Virus record (IMG/VR): IMGVR_UViG_3300045988_114323
Span: 1-56,604 of that record
Source of the DNA: a virus
DNA length: 56,604 nucleotides
Reading direction: 5' to 3' (one strand)
Shown: positions 43,091 through 52,321 of the stretch, piece after piece
How positions within the stretch are numbered: the first letter of the stretch is position 1
How the letters are laid out: the number at the start of each line of letters is the position of its first letter
Notes under the pieces: model-generated
Told to the model about the DNA's origin: nothing
Seen by the model: only the letters and a program-made list of their open reading frames with translations
The model's database searches: none
Made by a program: the position numbers and the translations under genes

Positions 43091-43336
43091 ATGGTTTTTG
43101 ACCATAAAGTTAAATATAACGGAGTCTGGTATATGCCGGGAGAAGAGATTAAAAACGAGGTAGGCGAGAAGAAGCCGTCTACCTTTTCTGATATTCCAAA
43201 ATATACTAAAACAGACATTAACAGAATGAATGTTGAGTCATTGAGACAGCTTGCAAAAGAAAATAATGTTCCGAATGCAGAAAACATGACTGGACAGGAT
43301 TTGAAAACGTATTTAATTACGCTGTTTGAGTTGTAG
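43091..43336 (+). CDS. Small protein with Rho_N/HeH-like C-terminal motif
   Basis: VESLRQLAKENNVPNAENMTGQDLKTYL. Confidence 0.45.
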   Translation: MVFDHKVKYNGVWYMPGEEIKNEVGEKKPSTFSDIPKYTKTDINRMNVESLRQLAKENNVPNAENMTGQDLKTYLITLFEL

Positions 43337-43344
43337 TAAGGAGA

Positions 43345-43689
43345 TTGAACATGGGAGTGGCAGAAAAGGTTAAGGCTAAAGCAACTGCATATTTTGGAGA
43401 ACAACCAGATCTTGCGGAAGAGGCACCGTCTACTCTTTTGGTTGATTTTGTCATTGAAAAATATAAGGATTTGCGTAATTATCCATCGTCTTTTTCTGAT
43501 GAAAAAATAGAGAAAGATATAGAGAAGCACATTTCTACAATTGCAATGGCTGTAGTCGACTTGAAAATGAAAGAAGGAGCTGAAGGAGAAACTTCGCATT
43601 CTGAAAATTCAACAAGCCGAACCTATGAAAATGCTTATATTTCCAGCTCAATTTTTAAAGATGTATTACCTTATGTAGATACTTTTTAA
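43345..43689 (+). CDS. Head-tail connector (gp6-like)
   Basis: Assigned by position and size (114 aa). Confidence 0.5.
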   Translation: MNMGVAEKVKAKATAYFGEQPDLAEEAPSTLLVDFVIEKYKDLRNYPSSFSDEKIEKDIEKHISTIAMAVVDLKMKEGAEGETSHSENSTSRTYENAYISSSIFKDVLPYVDTF

Positions 43690-43781
43690 AGACGATTGTG
43701 CGTGGCTACGGCCGCAGGGTGCTTGTATTAATTGGTGGTGGGCGTGCAAGCAATTGTTAATTAAAAGAGCGGGGTGCTTAA

Positions 43782-44063
43782 ATGACAGAATGGAGTGTAG
43801 TTGGCGTCATTGTGGTTCTTGTTGGTCTATTTTTTGCGATATATACGCCAATATCGAAAAATACTAAAGAGAACACGAAAGCAATGACAGAGCTTACAGT
43901 TACAATGCGAATTATCGGAGACCAATTATCAAAGTTTGATGAAGATAATTCGAAATCGCACAAAAGAATCTGGGAACACAACGATCATCAGGATCATATA
44001 CTGAATGACCATGAAACCAGATTGCAGATTATTGAAAAAGACAGTGAAAGAGGTGAGACGTAA
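43782..44063 (+). CDS. N-terminal-TM coiled-coil protein (BhlA/XhlA-type holin-like)
   Basis: Single N-terminal TM segment VVGVIVVLVGLFFAIY followed by a charged helical tail. Confidence 0.4.
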   Translation: MTEWSVVGVIVVLVGLFFAIYTPISKNTKENTKAMTELTVTMRIIGDQLSKFDEDNSKSHKRIWEHNDHQDHILNDHETRLQIIEKDSERGET

Positions 44064-44356
44064 TGGATATTTCACAGGTTGGAACAGTACTTGCCATTGT
44101 GGTAATTACTTATTTAATTGGACTTGGAGCAAAGCTTGTTCCGGGAATCAAGGATAATTTTATTCCGGTTATTGTCGGAGTTGCTGGCGGAGCACTTGGA
44201 ATTGTTGGAATGTATGTAATCGCAGATTTTCCGGCAACAGATGTTCTGAATGCTATTGCAGTAGGAATTGTTTCTGGTCTGGCATCTACAGGAGTGCATC
44301 AGGCATATAAGCAGACAAGGAAGGTGGCTTCTAATGAGGATGCTAAACAGAAATAA
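44063..44356 (+). CDS. Holin (phi LC3 / clostridial phage holin-like)
   Basis: Three TM segments, a K.NFIPVIVGVAGGALG motif and a charged C-terminus. Confidence 0.55.
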   Translation: MDISQVGTVLAIVVITYLIGLGAKLVPGIKDNFIPVIVGVAGGALGIVGMYVIADFPATDVLNAIAVGIVSGLASTGVHQAYKQTRKVASNEDAKQK

Positions 44357-44765
44357 GCAGAGAATGAAATACTATGTCAATGGTAAGAAAGTACCGATAT
44401 ACGATACGGACGATGATGGAAATATCAAGTACATTATAGTTGACGGAGAGAGAGTCCCTGTCGAAACAGGGGAATATCAGATTGTCGATGAAAAGCTGGT
44501 TGATTTTAAAGCTAACATAAATTCAACGCTTACAGAAGCCTTTATTAAGGCGTTTGGCGTTGATGATTCCTCAGACAAGGCAACTATCGTATGCGCAAAG
44601 AATAAGCTCCCATTAAAGGTAGGGATGCGTATATGGCGCAATTCAGAAGTTGGGTATAACGAGGACGGAAGCATTGACATTGATTCTGCGGATTATGTGG
44701 TAGTAGCCGCTAATGATGAAGCACTGAATGAGGATTCATTCTTGTTGAAAAAGGTGGCGAAATAA
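44334..44765 (+). CDS. Head-tail joining protein (unassigned)
   Basis: AAGGAAGGTGG RBS before ATG 44334. Confidence 0.5.
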   Translation: MRMLNRNKQRMKYYVNGKKVPIYDTDDDGNIKYIIVDGERVPVETGEYQIVDEKLVDFKANINSTLTEAFIKAFGVDDSSDKATIVCAKNKLPLKVGMRIWRNSEVGYNEDGSIDIDSADYVVVAANDEALNEDSFLLKKVAK

Positions 44766-45298
44766 TGGGAAAGACTAAGATTAGAATGGATTTGTCTGTA
44801 GAAAGCATACAAAGTGCAATTAATCAGTTAGAACAATATAAAATAACTTTTATGCGAAAAGTTGAAGTTTTTACAGAAAGACTTGCTGAGTATGGAAATT
44901 CTATTGCACTAGAAAAAATTGCAGAGTCACCAATCGGAAAAACAGTAGTTTTGAGAAGCGAAAAAACTGTGATGGATGCTGGGTGTAAAATGGCACTTAT
45001 TGCTGTTGGGCAGACGCACGAAACAGAAGGATATGCGCCATTTAATACATTGCTTGCTATAGAGTTCGGAGCTGGTATTTATTATAATCCGATTCCTAAT
45101 CCGAAAGCTAATGACCTTGGATATGGCGTTGGTACATTCCCTGGCCAGATTCATGCGTTTGAAGATGGTTGGTATTATCTCGGATTAGATGACAAATGGC
45201 ATTATACGCATGGCGTAAAAGCTACTATGCCTATGTATAGTGCAACCGTGGCGATCATTCAAGATGTTAAAAAAATAGCAAAAGAGGTGTTCGGGTAA
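44765..45298 (+). CDS. Head-tail joining / tail completion protein
   Basis: ATGA-type coupling. Position in the morphogenesis module. Confidence 0.5.
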   Translation: MGKTKIRMDLSVESIQSAINQLEQYKITFMRKVEVFTERLAEYGNSIALEKIAESPIGKTVVLRSEKTVMDAGCKMALIAVGQTHETEGYAPFNTLLAIEFGAGIYYNPIPNPKANDLGYGVGTFPGQIHAFEDGWYYLGLDDKWHYTHGVKATMPMYSATVAIIQDVKKIAKEVFG

Positions 45299-45708
45299 TG
45301 GACAATTCATGGGCGTTTGATCTTGAAACAAAATTGTTTTCGGTTATTAAGCGAAAGACAGAAAATAAATTAAAAGTTTTATATCCCCAAATTTTTTATA
45401 CTACGACAGACAATCCAAAAGACGGAGATGTTCATTATCCTACGGTGTATATGCATGAATTGTCAGGCGCAGAGTCTGCAAGAAATACTGAGGGAAATGA
45501 AATAAATGGAATATTATATTCCATGCAAATCGAAGTAACAACAAACAAATCACAGAAAGTAGCGAAATCAGTTTTGCAAGAAATTGCATTTGCGTTTAAA
45601 AGTATGGGATTTGAAATACAAACTTTTCCAGAATCATCTAATGGAGACAACTATTACAGAAGTGTAATGCGTGTCAGAAAAATGATAGGAAGAAGCGATA
45701 CTTTGTAA
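45298..45708 (+). CDS. Tail terminator-like protein
   Basis: Lies immediately before the major tail gene. Confidence 0.45.
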   Translation: MDNSWAFDLETKLFSVIKRKTENKLKVLYPQIFYTTTDNPKDGDVHYPTVYMHELSGAESARNTEGNEINGILYSMQIEVTTNKSQKVAKSVLQEIAFAFKSMGFEIQTFPESSNGDNYYRSVMRVRKMIGRSDTL

Positions 45709-45709
45709 C

Positions 45710-45731
45710 AGAGCCAAAAGGCTCTTTTTTT
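45710..45731 (+). terminator. Intrinsic terminator
   Basis: AGAGCC-AAAA-GGCTCT stem followed by T7. Confidence 0.7.
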
Positions 45732-45753
45732 ATTACAGAAAGGCGGGAAGCAA

Positions 45754-46248
45754 ATGGCTTCAACAGGTTTTAGGGCAAGAGTTATTTTTTCTGAATTTGT
45801 AGGAAATGTAACTGATGAGATTGATTTTACCGGTTCATACAAGTTGCTTGTAAAAGCGAAAAGTATTCCTGCACCAGTTGGCGCACCGAATACTGTAGAG
45901 TCTACAACTCTTGAAGACGATGCTCAAACATTTGAAATGGGTATTAAAACATCGGATTCAAAGGAAGTAACTGGAAACCTTGAAAAAGAATATTTACAGG
46001 CTATCAATAAGCTTGCTGGTAAAAAGGTTAAAATCATACAGCTGTATGGAACTGACGGCATTGGTGGCGTTGCAAAATATGCATATATTGGACAGGTTAT
46101 TGCCACTCCATCTGATGTTGGTGGTACTGATGAAATTCTTGAAATGTCAGCAACCATTATTCCAAATAGTGTAGCAACGGATGTTACAGACAAATTGACT
46201 GTAGCTGATGATGGAAGTGGAACGTTTACAGTGACAAAGGTGGGGTAG
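45754..46248 (+). CDS. Major tail protein
   Basis: 164 aa. Lies upstream of the chaperone pair and the tape measure gene. Confidence 0.7.
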   Translation: MASTGFRARVIFSEFVGNVTDEIDFTGSYKLLVKAKSIPAPVGAPNTVESTTLEDDAQTFEMGIKTSDSKEVTGNLEKEYLQAINKLAGKKVKIIQLYGTDGIGGVAKYAYIGQVIATPSDVGGTDEILEMSATIIPNSVATDVTDKLTVADDGSGTFTVTKVG

Positions 46249-46378
46249 TAAGTTCTGCTTCTAAGTCAGCGGGAACGCAGAACTTAACAATCGATGCTGA
46301 CGATTTGATCTAGCTAATACGGGAGGGGCGGTCTACGGACTGCCCCCTTCCTAATTTTTAGAGGAAGGGAAAATTATA

Positions 46379-46870
46379 ATGAAGAAAATTAAAATTGGTA
46401 ACAAAGAATATACAATGGAATTTACTTTCGCGGCTGCTGAATGTAGGGAATGTGTTCAGAAAATGTTTTGGCTAATCTCTGGTGCATATATGTACAAGAG
46501 ATTAGACGAATCTGACGATGACAAGAAACGCGCAGAAAAATATGCAATGCTTGACGGAAGCGCGGATATGATGGCTGAGATTCCTCATGTATGTAAGTCT
46601 GCTTTTTATGCAGGTCTTATGGAAAATCATGAGGATATTACAGAAGAAGAATCTAAAAGCCTTATGAAGCAGTATATGAAAGAAAAGAAAATTTCATTTT
46701 TTAAATTATACGAAGAACTTAAGAAAGTAATGGAAGAAGATGGTTTTTTCGACCTGTCCGGTCTAACGGAAATGCTCAATACAATGGGGCAGGGAGTACA
46801 GGAGAATGCGGAAGAGAAGATCAAAAAGATTCCGCAGGATCACAAGAAGAAGTCGACTTCCACGAACTAA
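46379..46870 (+). CDS. Tail assembly chaperone (gpG-like)
   Basis: Position, acidic C-terminus and a slippery site near the 3' end. Confidence 0.7.
   Translation: MKKIKIGNKEYTMEFTFAAAECRECVQKMFWLISGAYMYKRLDESDDDKKRAEKYAMLDGSADMMAEIPHVCKSAFYAGLMENHEDITEEESKSLMKQYMKEKKISFFKLYEELKKVMEEDGFFDLSGLTEMLNTMGQGVQENAEEKIKKIPQDHKKKSTSTN
46744..46750 (+). promoter_or_regulatory. -1 programmed frameshift slippery heptamer T TTT TTC
   Basis: The zero frame reads GGT TTT TTC. The -1 frame is open from 46723 through 47241. Confidence 0.6.
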
Positions 46871-47241
46871 TATGGAAAGAATACTTGGTAGGAGCGTTGA
46901 CGATAGGCGTTGATTACGATACGTTTTGGCATCTGACACCGGCTAAGTTAGATATATTTGTTTCTGCACATAACAACAAAAAGAGACAAAAAGACTGGGA
47001 ATCATGGATTAACGGTCAATATACTCTTCGCGCGGTAAGTGTTGCAATTGACCAAGCTATGAATGGCAAGAAGTCAAAATTAGAATATTTTGGCGAACCT
47101 GTTTTATGGAAATTTATGGATGAATCAGAATTAACCGAAGAAGAGCGAGAAAAACGCGAAATGGATGCTGAGATAGCAAAAATGAAACAATGGATTGCTA
47201 ACGATCAAGCAAGGGGATTGCCAGAAACAAAAGTAATTTAA
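46750..47241 (+). CDS. gpT-like -1 frame extension of the tail chaperone (G-T fusion product)
   Basis: The track ORF 46885..47241 has only a TTG start and no RBS. Its frame stays open upstream into the gpG-like gene. Confidence 0.6.
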   Translation, partial: RPVRSNGNAQYNGAGSTGECGREDQKDSAGSQEEVDFHELIWKEYLVGALTIGVDYDTFWHLTPAKLDIFVSAHNNKKRQKDWESWINGQYTLRAVSVAIDQAMNGKKSKLEYFGEPVLWKFMDESELTEEEREKREMDAEIAKMKQWIANDQARGLPETKVI

Positions 47242-47242
47242 A

Positions 47243-47266
47243 AGAGGGTAATACCCTCTTTTTTTT
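47243..47266 (+). terminator. Intrinsic terminator
   Basis: AGAGGGT-AAT-ACCCTCT stem followed by T8. Confidence 0.7.
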
Positions 47267-47280
47267 ATGGGGGTTAAGGA

Positions 47281-50200
47281 ATGGCAGGAACACCAATAGA
47301 TAGTCTTGAACTTCAAATCCAATCAAATGCAAAAGGTGCTGCGGCCGGGTTGGATAATATGGTTTCAAAATTGCAGAATCTTGCCAGTGCAGTAGCTTCT
47401 GTTGATACTCACAGAATGTCAGGGATTGCAACTGCTGAACGAAATATTGCTGATGCTTCTGTGGGATTCAAAGGTGGACGATCAAATGAAATTCGTTCGT
47501 TAGCAAGTGCACTTAATAGCTTTGATAAAGTGAATACTGGTGCTGTTTATTCATCTGCAAATGCAATAGAAAAACTTGCTGGAAGTATGGCGCAGATTTC
47601 ATCAGTTAATTTTAATGCGCAGGGAATTATTAATGCTGCAATGGCTCTTAATAAGCTTGGCGGTGTAAAAGCTATTTCCGGAACATCAAATTTACAGTCT
47701 GTAAAAAATGATTTGATTTCGTTTGCACAAGGCCTTAATTCTGTAGGTACTGTAAATTTTGATGTTACAAATTTAGTATCTGTTATAAGTAGTGTTTCGA
47801 AGCTAGGTGGTAAAAGCGCAATAAGTGCTACAGAAAATTTGCCAAAAATAAGCAAAAATCTGTTGACATTTATTGTCAGTTTAAATCAATTGCAGTCTTT
47901 GAAGTTTGACACAACTGGAATGACAAGCCTTGTTGCTTCAATTAGTAAGCTTGGTGGAAAGTCATCAACAACAGCAATTACTACAATTCCGTTGCTAACA
48001 AAATCGCTGATGACAATGATGAATACGTTATCAAAAGCACCGACGGTTAGCAATAATCTTATTCAGATGACAAATGCGCTCGCTAATTTGGCTTCTCAGG
48101 GGAATAAGGTAGGAATCGCATCCAATAAAATATCTAGCGGATTCAATTTGATGAATAGAAGCGTAAAGTCATCTACAGGGCATTGGCGAGGGCTTGCTTC
48201 GGCTATCGGGAAATTCTATGCTACTTATTTCCTTGTAATCAGAGCAATAAGGATTCTCGGAAAAGCGGTTAATTACTCTTCGGAATTGACAGAAGTACAA
48301 AACGTAGTAGATGTAACTTTTGGCAAAATGTCTGGAAAAGTCGAAGAGTTCTCAAAAAACTCCATAAAGCAATTGGGAATGTCTGAATTGTCTGTGAAAC
48401 AATATGCAAGCCGCTTCCAAGCAATGGGTTCGGCAATGGGTATTGGCAGCAATCAGGTAGGGAATGCAAACGCCTTTTTGAACAATAAGACAAATGGATA
48501 TGTTGGATTATCTGATTCAATGGCAGATGTATCTCTTAACCTTACAAAGCTTACTGCTGATATGGCTTCGTTCTATGATGTAAGCCAGAAAGATGTTGCA
48601 GAAGATTTGCAAGCTATATTTACTGGCCAGACAAGACCGCTGAGAGAGTATGGTATTGATTTAACTCAAGCAACATTAAAAGAGTGGGCATTAAAAAATG
48701 GTCTTGATGCGGATATATCTTCAATGTCTCAGGCAGAAAAGACCATGCTTCGTTATCAGTATGTATTAGCAAATACAACTGCCGCACAAGGAGATTTTGC
48801 AAGGACAAGTGATACATGGGCAAACCAGATAAGGATTTTAAAACAACAATTCCAGCAATTAGGCCTTGTGATTGGAAAAGGAGTTATTGCAGCATTCAAA
48901 CCGTTTATCAGAGGTCTAAATAGCGTACTTGGGAAAGTTATTAGCTTTTCAGAAACTGTGCTAAATGCACTTGGACAGATTTTTGGATGGAAATTTGAAA
49001 TTTCTGCTGGTGGAATTACAGATGATATTGATGACGTTTCGTCTGGAATGGATGATTTATCAGATGGTGCTGGAAACACGGCATCTGGAATTAAAGATGC
49101 TACAGACGCCGCAAAGAAATTCAAATCTGTTGTTCTTGGAATTGATGAATTGAATTTGAATGAACCAGATAACGATACCGGAAGTGGTTCTGGTGGAAGT
49201 GGAGGTTCAGGAGGCGGTGGATCTTCTGCCGGTTCATCTTCTGGTGGGCTGACAACAAAGATGGAAGCGTCTGACGGAATACTAAAAGCATATGAGAGTA
49301 ATATTAAGACGCTATATCAGTTAGGGTCTTATATATCAGGCACAATTGCAGATAGTTTAAATGCTATTGATTGGAATAGTGTTTATGAAAAGGCAAGAAA
49401 TTTCGGAAGCGGACTTGCAGATTTTTTGAATGGTCTTATTACACCTGATTTATTTGGAGCTGTTGGGAAAACAATAGCAAATTCACTAAACACAGCAATT
49501 TATGTGGCACTCTCGCTCGGAGAAGGGATTAACGCATACGGATATGGTGAATCTGTTGCAGAAGGGATAAATCAGTTTTTTAAAAACTTTGATTTTAGTT
49601 CTCTTGCAGAAACATTAAATGTATGGGTGGACAATTTAGAACTATTCATTAAAGGATTTGCCGACAAAATCGAATGGAAATATATATTTTCTGGGATTAG
49701 AGACTTCTTTTCTAATCTTGAAATAGACACTGTTGTTGTTGCGATTGGAGCGATTGCTTGGAAATTTGGCGCTTTTAGTGCCATAAAAACAGCTTTGCTT
49801 ACACCAATCACAACAGCAGTTAGCCAAATGAGCTTTCAATCTGTTGCGATTTTGATTAGAGACGGTATCAAGAATGGGTTGTCAAAGCTTAGTGGAAGTG
49901 TAATACCAAATTTGGCTGAATTTCTCGGAATATCAGCCGGAGCAGCAACTGTCGTAGTTGCTGTCGTTGCTGCGATTGGAATTGCAATTAAAGATTTGTG
50001 GGATACATCGGAGTCGTTTAGAAATAGCGTATCCGATATGTGGGATAATATAAAAGAAACCATATCAAATGCATGGACAATCATATGGGATAACACATTA
50101 AAGCCTGGATTTGAAGATGTACAAAATTTGTTTGATAGTTTAGGTAAATTGTGGAGTGCTATTTATGAAGCATATGAATCTAGTGGAGCAAAAGCTTTAT

Positions 50201-51885
50201 TTGAAAAAATAGTTGTGTTTTTAGGGAATACGCTTGTAATGGTTTTCAAAACTAATATTACTATGGCGGCTACTTTTATTCAAGTGATAGGAAATGCCGT
50301 AGGAACAGTAATCAAAGTTATTACCGCTGTAATAGATTTTATTACTGGCGTATTTAGCGGAGATTGGCAGACTGCATGGCAAGATTTGAAGACATCAATT
50401 ATTACAATATTTTCTCCAATTACTGATTGGTTTTCAGAAAAATTTAATGCGGCATACAATGCGATTAAGAGCGCATGGGCGTTCGTTGGAACTTGGGCAA
50501 GCGAAAAATGGAATCAGATTAAAGCGCCATTCAAAAGTGTAAAAAAATGGTTTTCTGATGCATTTCAAACTGCATACGATTCTGTGAAAAAAATTTGGAA
50601 AGGAATTGGAAAATTCTTTTCTGGTATCGCAAATGATATAATTTCTCCGATTGGAAATGCAGTAAATGGAATTATTAGCGGTGTGAACTGGGTGCTTTCA
50701 AAAGTTGGGTCAAAGACAAGGCTAGACAAGTGGAGCGTTCCTAGATTTGCTAGTGGTGCGGATGGACTTCCGCAAGATACTGTTGGTATGGTTAATGACC
50801 AACCTGGCAACACTTACAAGGAAATGATTGTTCCAAAAAATGGAGAACCGTTTATTCCAAAAGGAAGAAACGTAGTTCTTCCAATGGAAAAGGGAACAAA
50901 AATTATGCCGGCAGACCAGACTAAAGCGTTGATGCAAAGTGTTGGCGTCCCTCGTTTCGCTGGTGGTATCGGACAATTCTTTAACAATGCGTGGGAGTCT
51001 GCAAAGGACATTGCAGGCGGTATTGCTGATTATATTTCCCATCCAGATAAATTATTGCAGATAGCACTTAATAAATTTGTTGATATATCAAATTTTGTGC
51101 ATCCGATATCTGATATTGCTGGTGGCGTAGTAAAGACTACATTCAATTCCATTAAGGACTACATCAAGGGAAAACTGGATGCATTCGTTCCAAAAGTAAC
51201 GTATTCACCATCAGGTGGTGTTGAGCAATGGAGAGCTGTTGCTACACAGGCATTAAGGATAACCAATCAATTAAGTGATGCAAATATTAATGCATTACTT
51301 AATCAGATGAAACATGAGTCTGGTGGTAACCCAAATGCTATAAACAACTGGGATATAAACGCAAAAAACGGAACTCCGTCAAAAGGATTGATGCAGGTTA
51401 TTGACCCTACATTTAGGGCATATGCTTTAGCGCCGTATAATACTAACATTTACGATCCGTTGTCCAATATGATTGCTGCTATTCGCTATACTGTATCTAG
51501 GTACGGAAGTCTGTATAACGGGTGGACTAAGAGGGGATATATCGGATATAAAACTGGTATCGGTGCAATTTCATTGTCTGATTTACCGAAATATTCTGTT
51601 GGTGGATTTCCGGAAGATGGATTGTTTATGGCAAACAGAAAGGAACTTGTCGGACAGTTTAATGGAAGAAATGCTGTTGTTAATAATTATCAGATTGAAT
51701 CAGGAATTGAGAAAGCGGTATATAATGGCTATATGAGAGCACATGCACAAGATACAAGAGAAGTATCTGTGCTTGAAGAGATTCTAACAGCAGTTAGAGA
51801 GGGAAAGACAATATCTATAGATGGTCGTGAGATTGTACGTGTGTACGATTCCAGAAAGGCTAGAAATGGATATGCATTTACTTAG
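47281..51885 (+). CDS. Tape measure protein with C-terminal lytic transglycosylase (SLT) domain
   Basis: 1534 aa, with helical repeats, TM segments and a GSGGSGG linker. The SLT motif is MKHESGGNPNAIN...GLMQV. Confidence 0.9.
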   Translation: MAGTPIDSLELQIQSNAKGAAAGLDNMVSKLQNLASAVASVDTHRMSGIATAERNIADASVGFKGGRSNEIRSLASALNSFDKVNTGAVYSSANAIEKLAGSMAQISSVNFNAQGIINAAMALNKLGGVKAISGTSNLQSVKNDLISFAQGLNSVGTVNFDVTNLVSVISSVSKLGGKSAISATENLPKISKNLLTFIVSLNQLQSLKFDTTGMTSLVASISKLGGKSSTTAITTIPLLTKSLMTMMNTLSKAPTVSNNLIQMTNALANLASQGNKVGIASNKISSGFNLMNRSVKSSTGHWRGLASAIGKFYATYFLVIRAIRILGKAVNYSSELTEVQNVVDVTFGKMSGKVEEFSKNSIKQLGMSELSVKQYASRFQAMGSAMGIGSNQVGNANAFLNNKTNGYVGLSDSMADVSLNLTKLTADMASFYDVSQKDVAEDLQAIFTGQTRPLREYGIDLTQATLKEWALKNGLDADISSMSQAEKTMLRYQYVLANTTAAQGDFARTSDTWANQIRILKQQFQQLGLVIGKGVIAAFKPFIRGLNSVLGKVISFSETVLNALGQIFGWKFEISAGGITDDIDDVSSGMDDLSDGAGNTASGIKDATDAAKKFKSVVLGIDELNLNEPDNDTGSGSGGSGGSGGGGSSAGSSSGGLTTKMEASDGILKAYESNIKTLYQLGSYISGTIADSLNAIDWNSVYEKARNFGSGLADFLNGLITPDLFGAVGKTIANSLNTAIYVALSLGEGINAYGYGESVAEGINQFFKNFDFSSLAETLNVWVDNLELFIKGFADKIEWKYIFSGIRDFFSNLEIDTVVVAIGAIAWKFGAFSAIKTALLTPITTAVSQMSFQSVAILIRDGIKNGLSKLSGSVIPNLAEFLGISAGAATVVVAVVAAIGIAIKDLWDTSESFRNSVSDMWDNIKETISNAWTIIWDNTLKPGFEDVQNLFDSLGKLWSAIYEAYESSGAKALFEKIVVFLGNTLVMVFKTNITMAATFIQVIGNAVGTVIKVITAVIDFITGVFSGDWQTAWQDLKTSIITIFSPITDWFSEKFNAAYNAIKSAWAFVGTWASEKWNQIKAPFKSVKKWFSDAFQTAYDSVKKIWKGIGKFFSGIANDIISPIGNAVNGIISGVNWVLSKVGSKTRLDKWSVPRFASGADGLPQDTVGMVNDQPGNTYKEMIVPKNGEPFIPKGRNVVLPMEKGTKIMPADQTKALMQSVGVPRFAGGIGQFFNNAWESAKDIAGGIADYISHPDKLLQIALNKFVDISNFVHPISDIAGGVVKTTFNSIKDYIKGKLDAFVPKVTYSPSGGVEQWRAVATQALRITNQLSDANINALLNQMKHESGGNPNAINNWDINAKNGTPSKGLMQVIDPTFRAYALAPYNTNIYDPLSNMIAAIRYTVSRYGSLYNGWTKRGYIGYKTGIGAISLSDLPKYSVGGFPEDGLFMANRKELVGQFNGRNAVVNNYQIESGIEKAVYNGYMRAHAQDTREVSVLEEILTAVREGKTISIDGREIVRVYDSRKARNGYAFT

Positions 51886-51917
51886 AGGGATGGCGTCAAA
51901 ACCATCTCTCTTTTTTT
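51885..51917 (+). terminator. Intrinsic terminator
   Basis: GAGGGATGG-N8-CCATCTCTC stem followed by T7. Confidence 0.6.
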
Positions 51918-51930
51918 AGGAGGTACAGAC

Positions 51931-52317
51931 ATGGCATTATCATCTTTTTTAAATGTGAATGGATATGATTTCCCACCTCCAAGACGAGGATTTTCGTGGA
52001 CAATTTCTACTACTGTAAATGCCGGAAGAAATGCTAACAATGCAGTTATTGGAGATAGAGTAGGAAGAGATTTATATAAATTAGACAATATGGAATGGGT
52101 TGGGCTTACTCCAAAGCAAAGAGAAATGATGCTGAAAGCAATCGAACCATTTTATGTGCCGGTTACATTTGAAGATATGAAGAAGCCGGGGCATCCAATT
52201 ACAATTATCATGTATCCAGGAGACAGAAGTGGAAGCCCTCTATTTGTAGATAAATTGACACATATGGTGTTACAGGATGAAACTTTGAAATTCAATCTCA
52301 TAGATACTGGGCGGTGA
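51931..52317 (+). CDS. Small distal-tail/baseplate protein
   Basis: Position directly after the tape measure gene. 128 aa. Confidence 0.5.
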   Translation: MALSSFLNVNGYDFPPPRRGFSWTISTTVNAGRNANNAVIGDRVGRDLYKLDNMEWVGLTPKQREMMLKAIEPFYVPVTFEDMKKPGHPITIIMYPGDRSGSPLFVDKLTHMVLQDETLKFNLIDTGR

Positions 52318-52321
52318 TGGT

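Noticed and set aside
47547-51042. Numerous antisense and alternative-frame track ORFs inside the tape measure gene, with similar ones in terL, portal and fibre genes
   Set aside because: They are nested within long, well-supported ORFs and have no independent signals. They are typical shadow ORFs.
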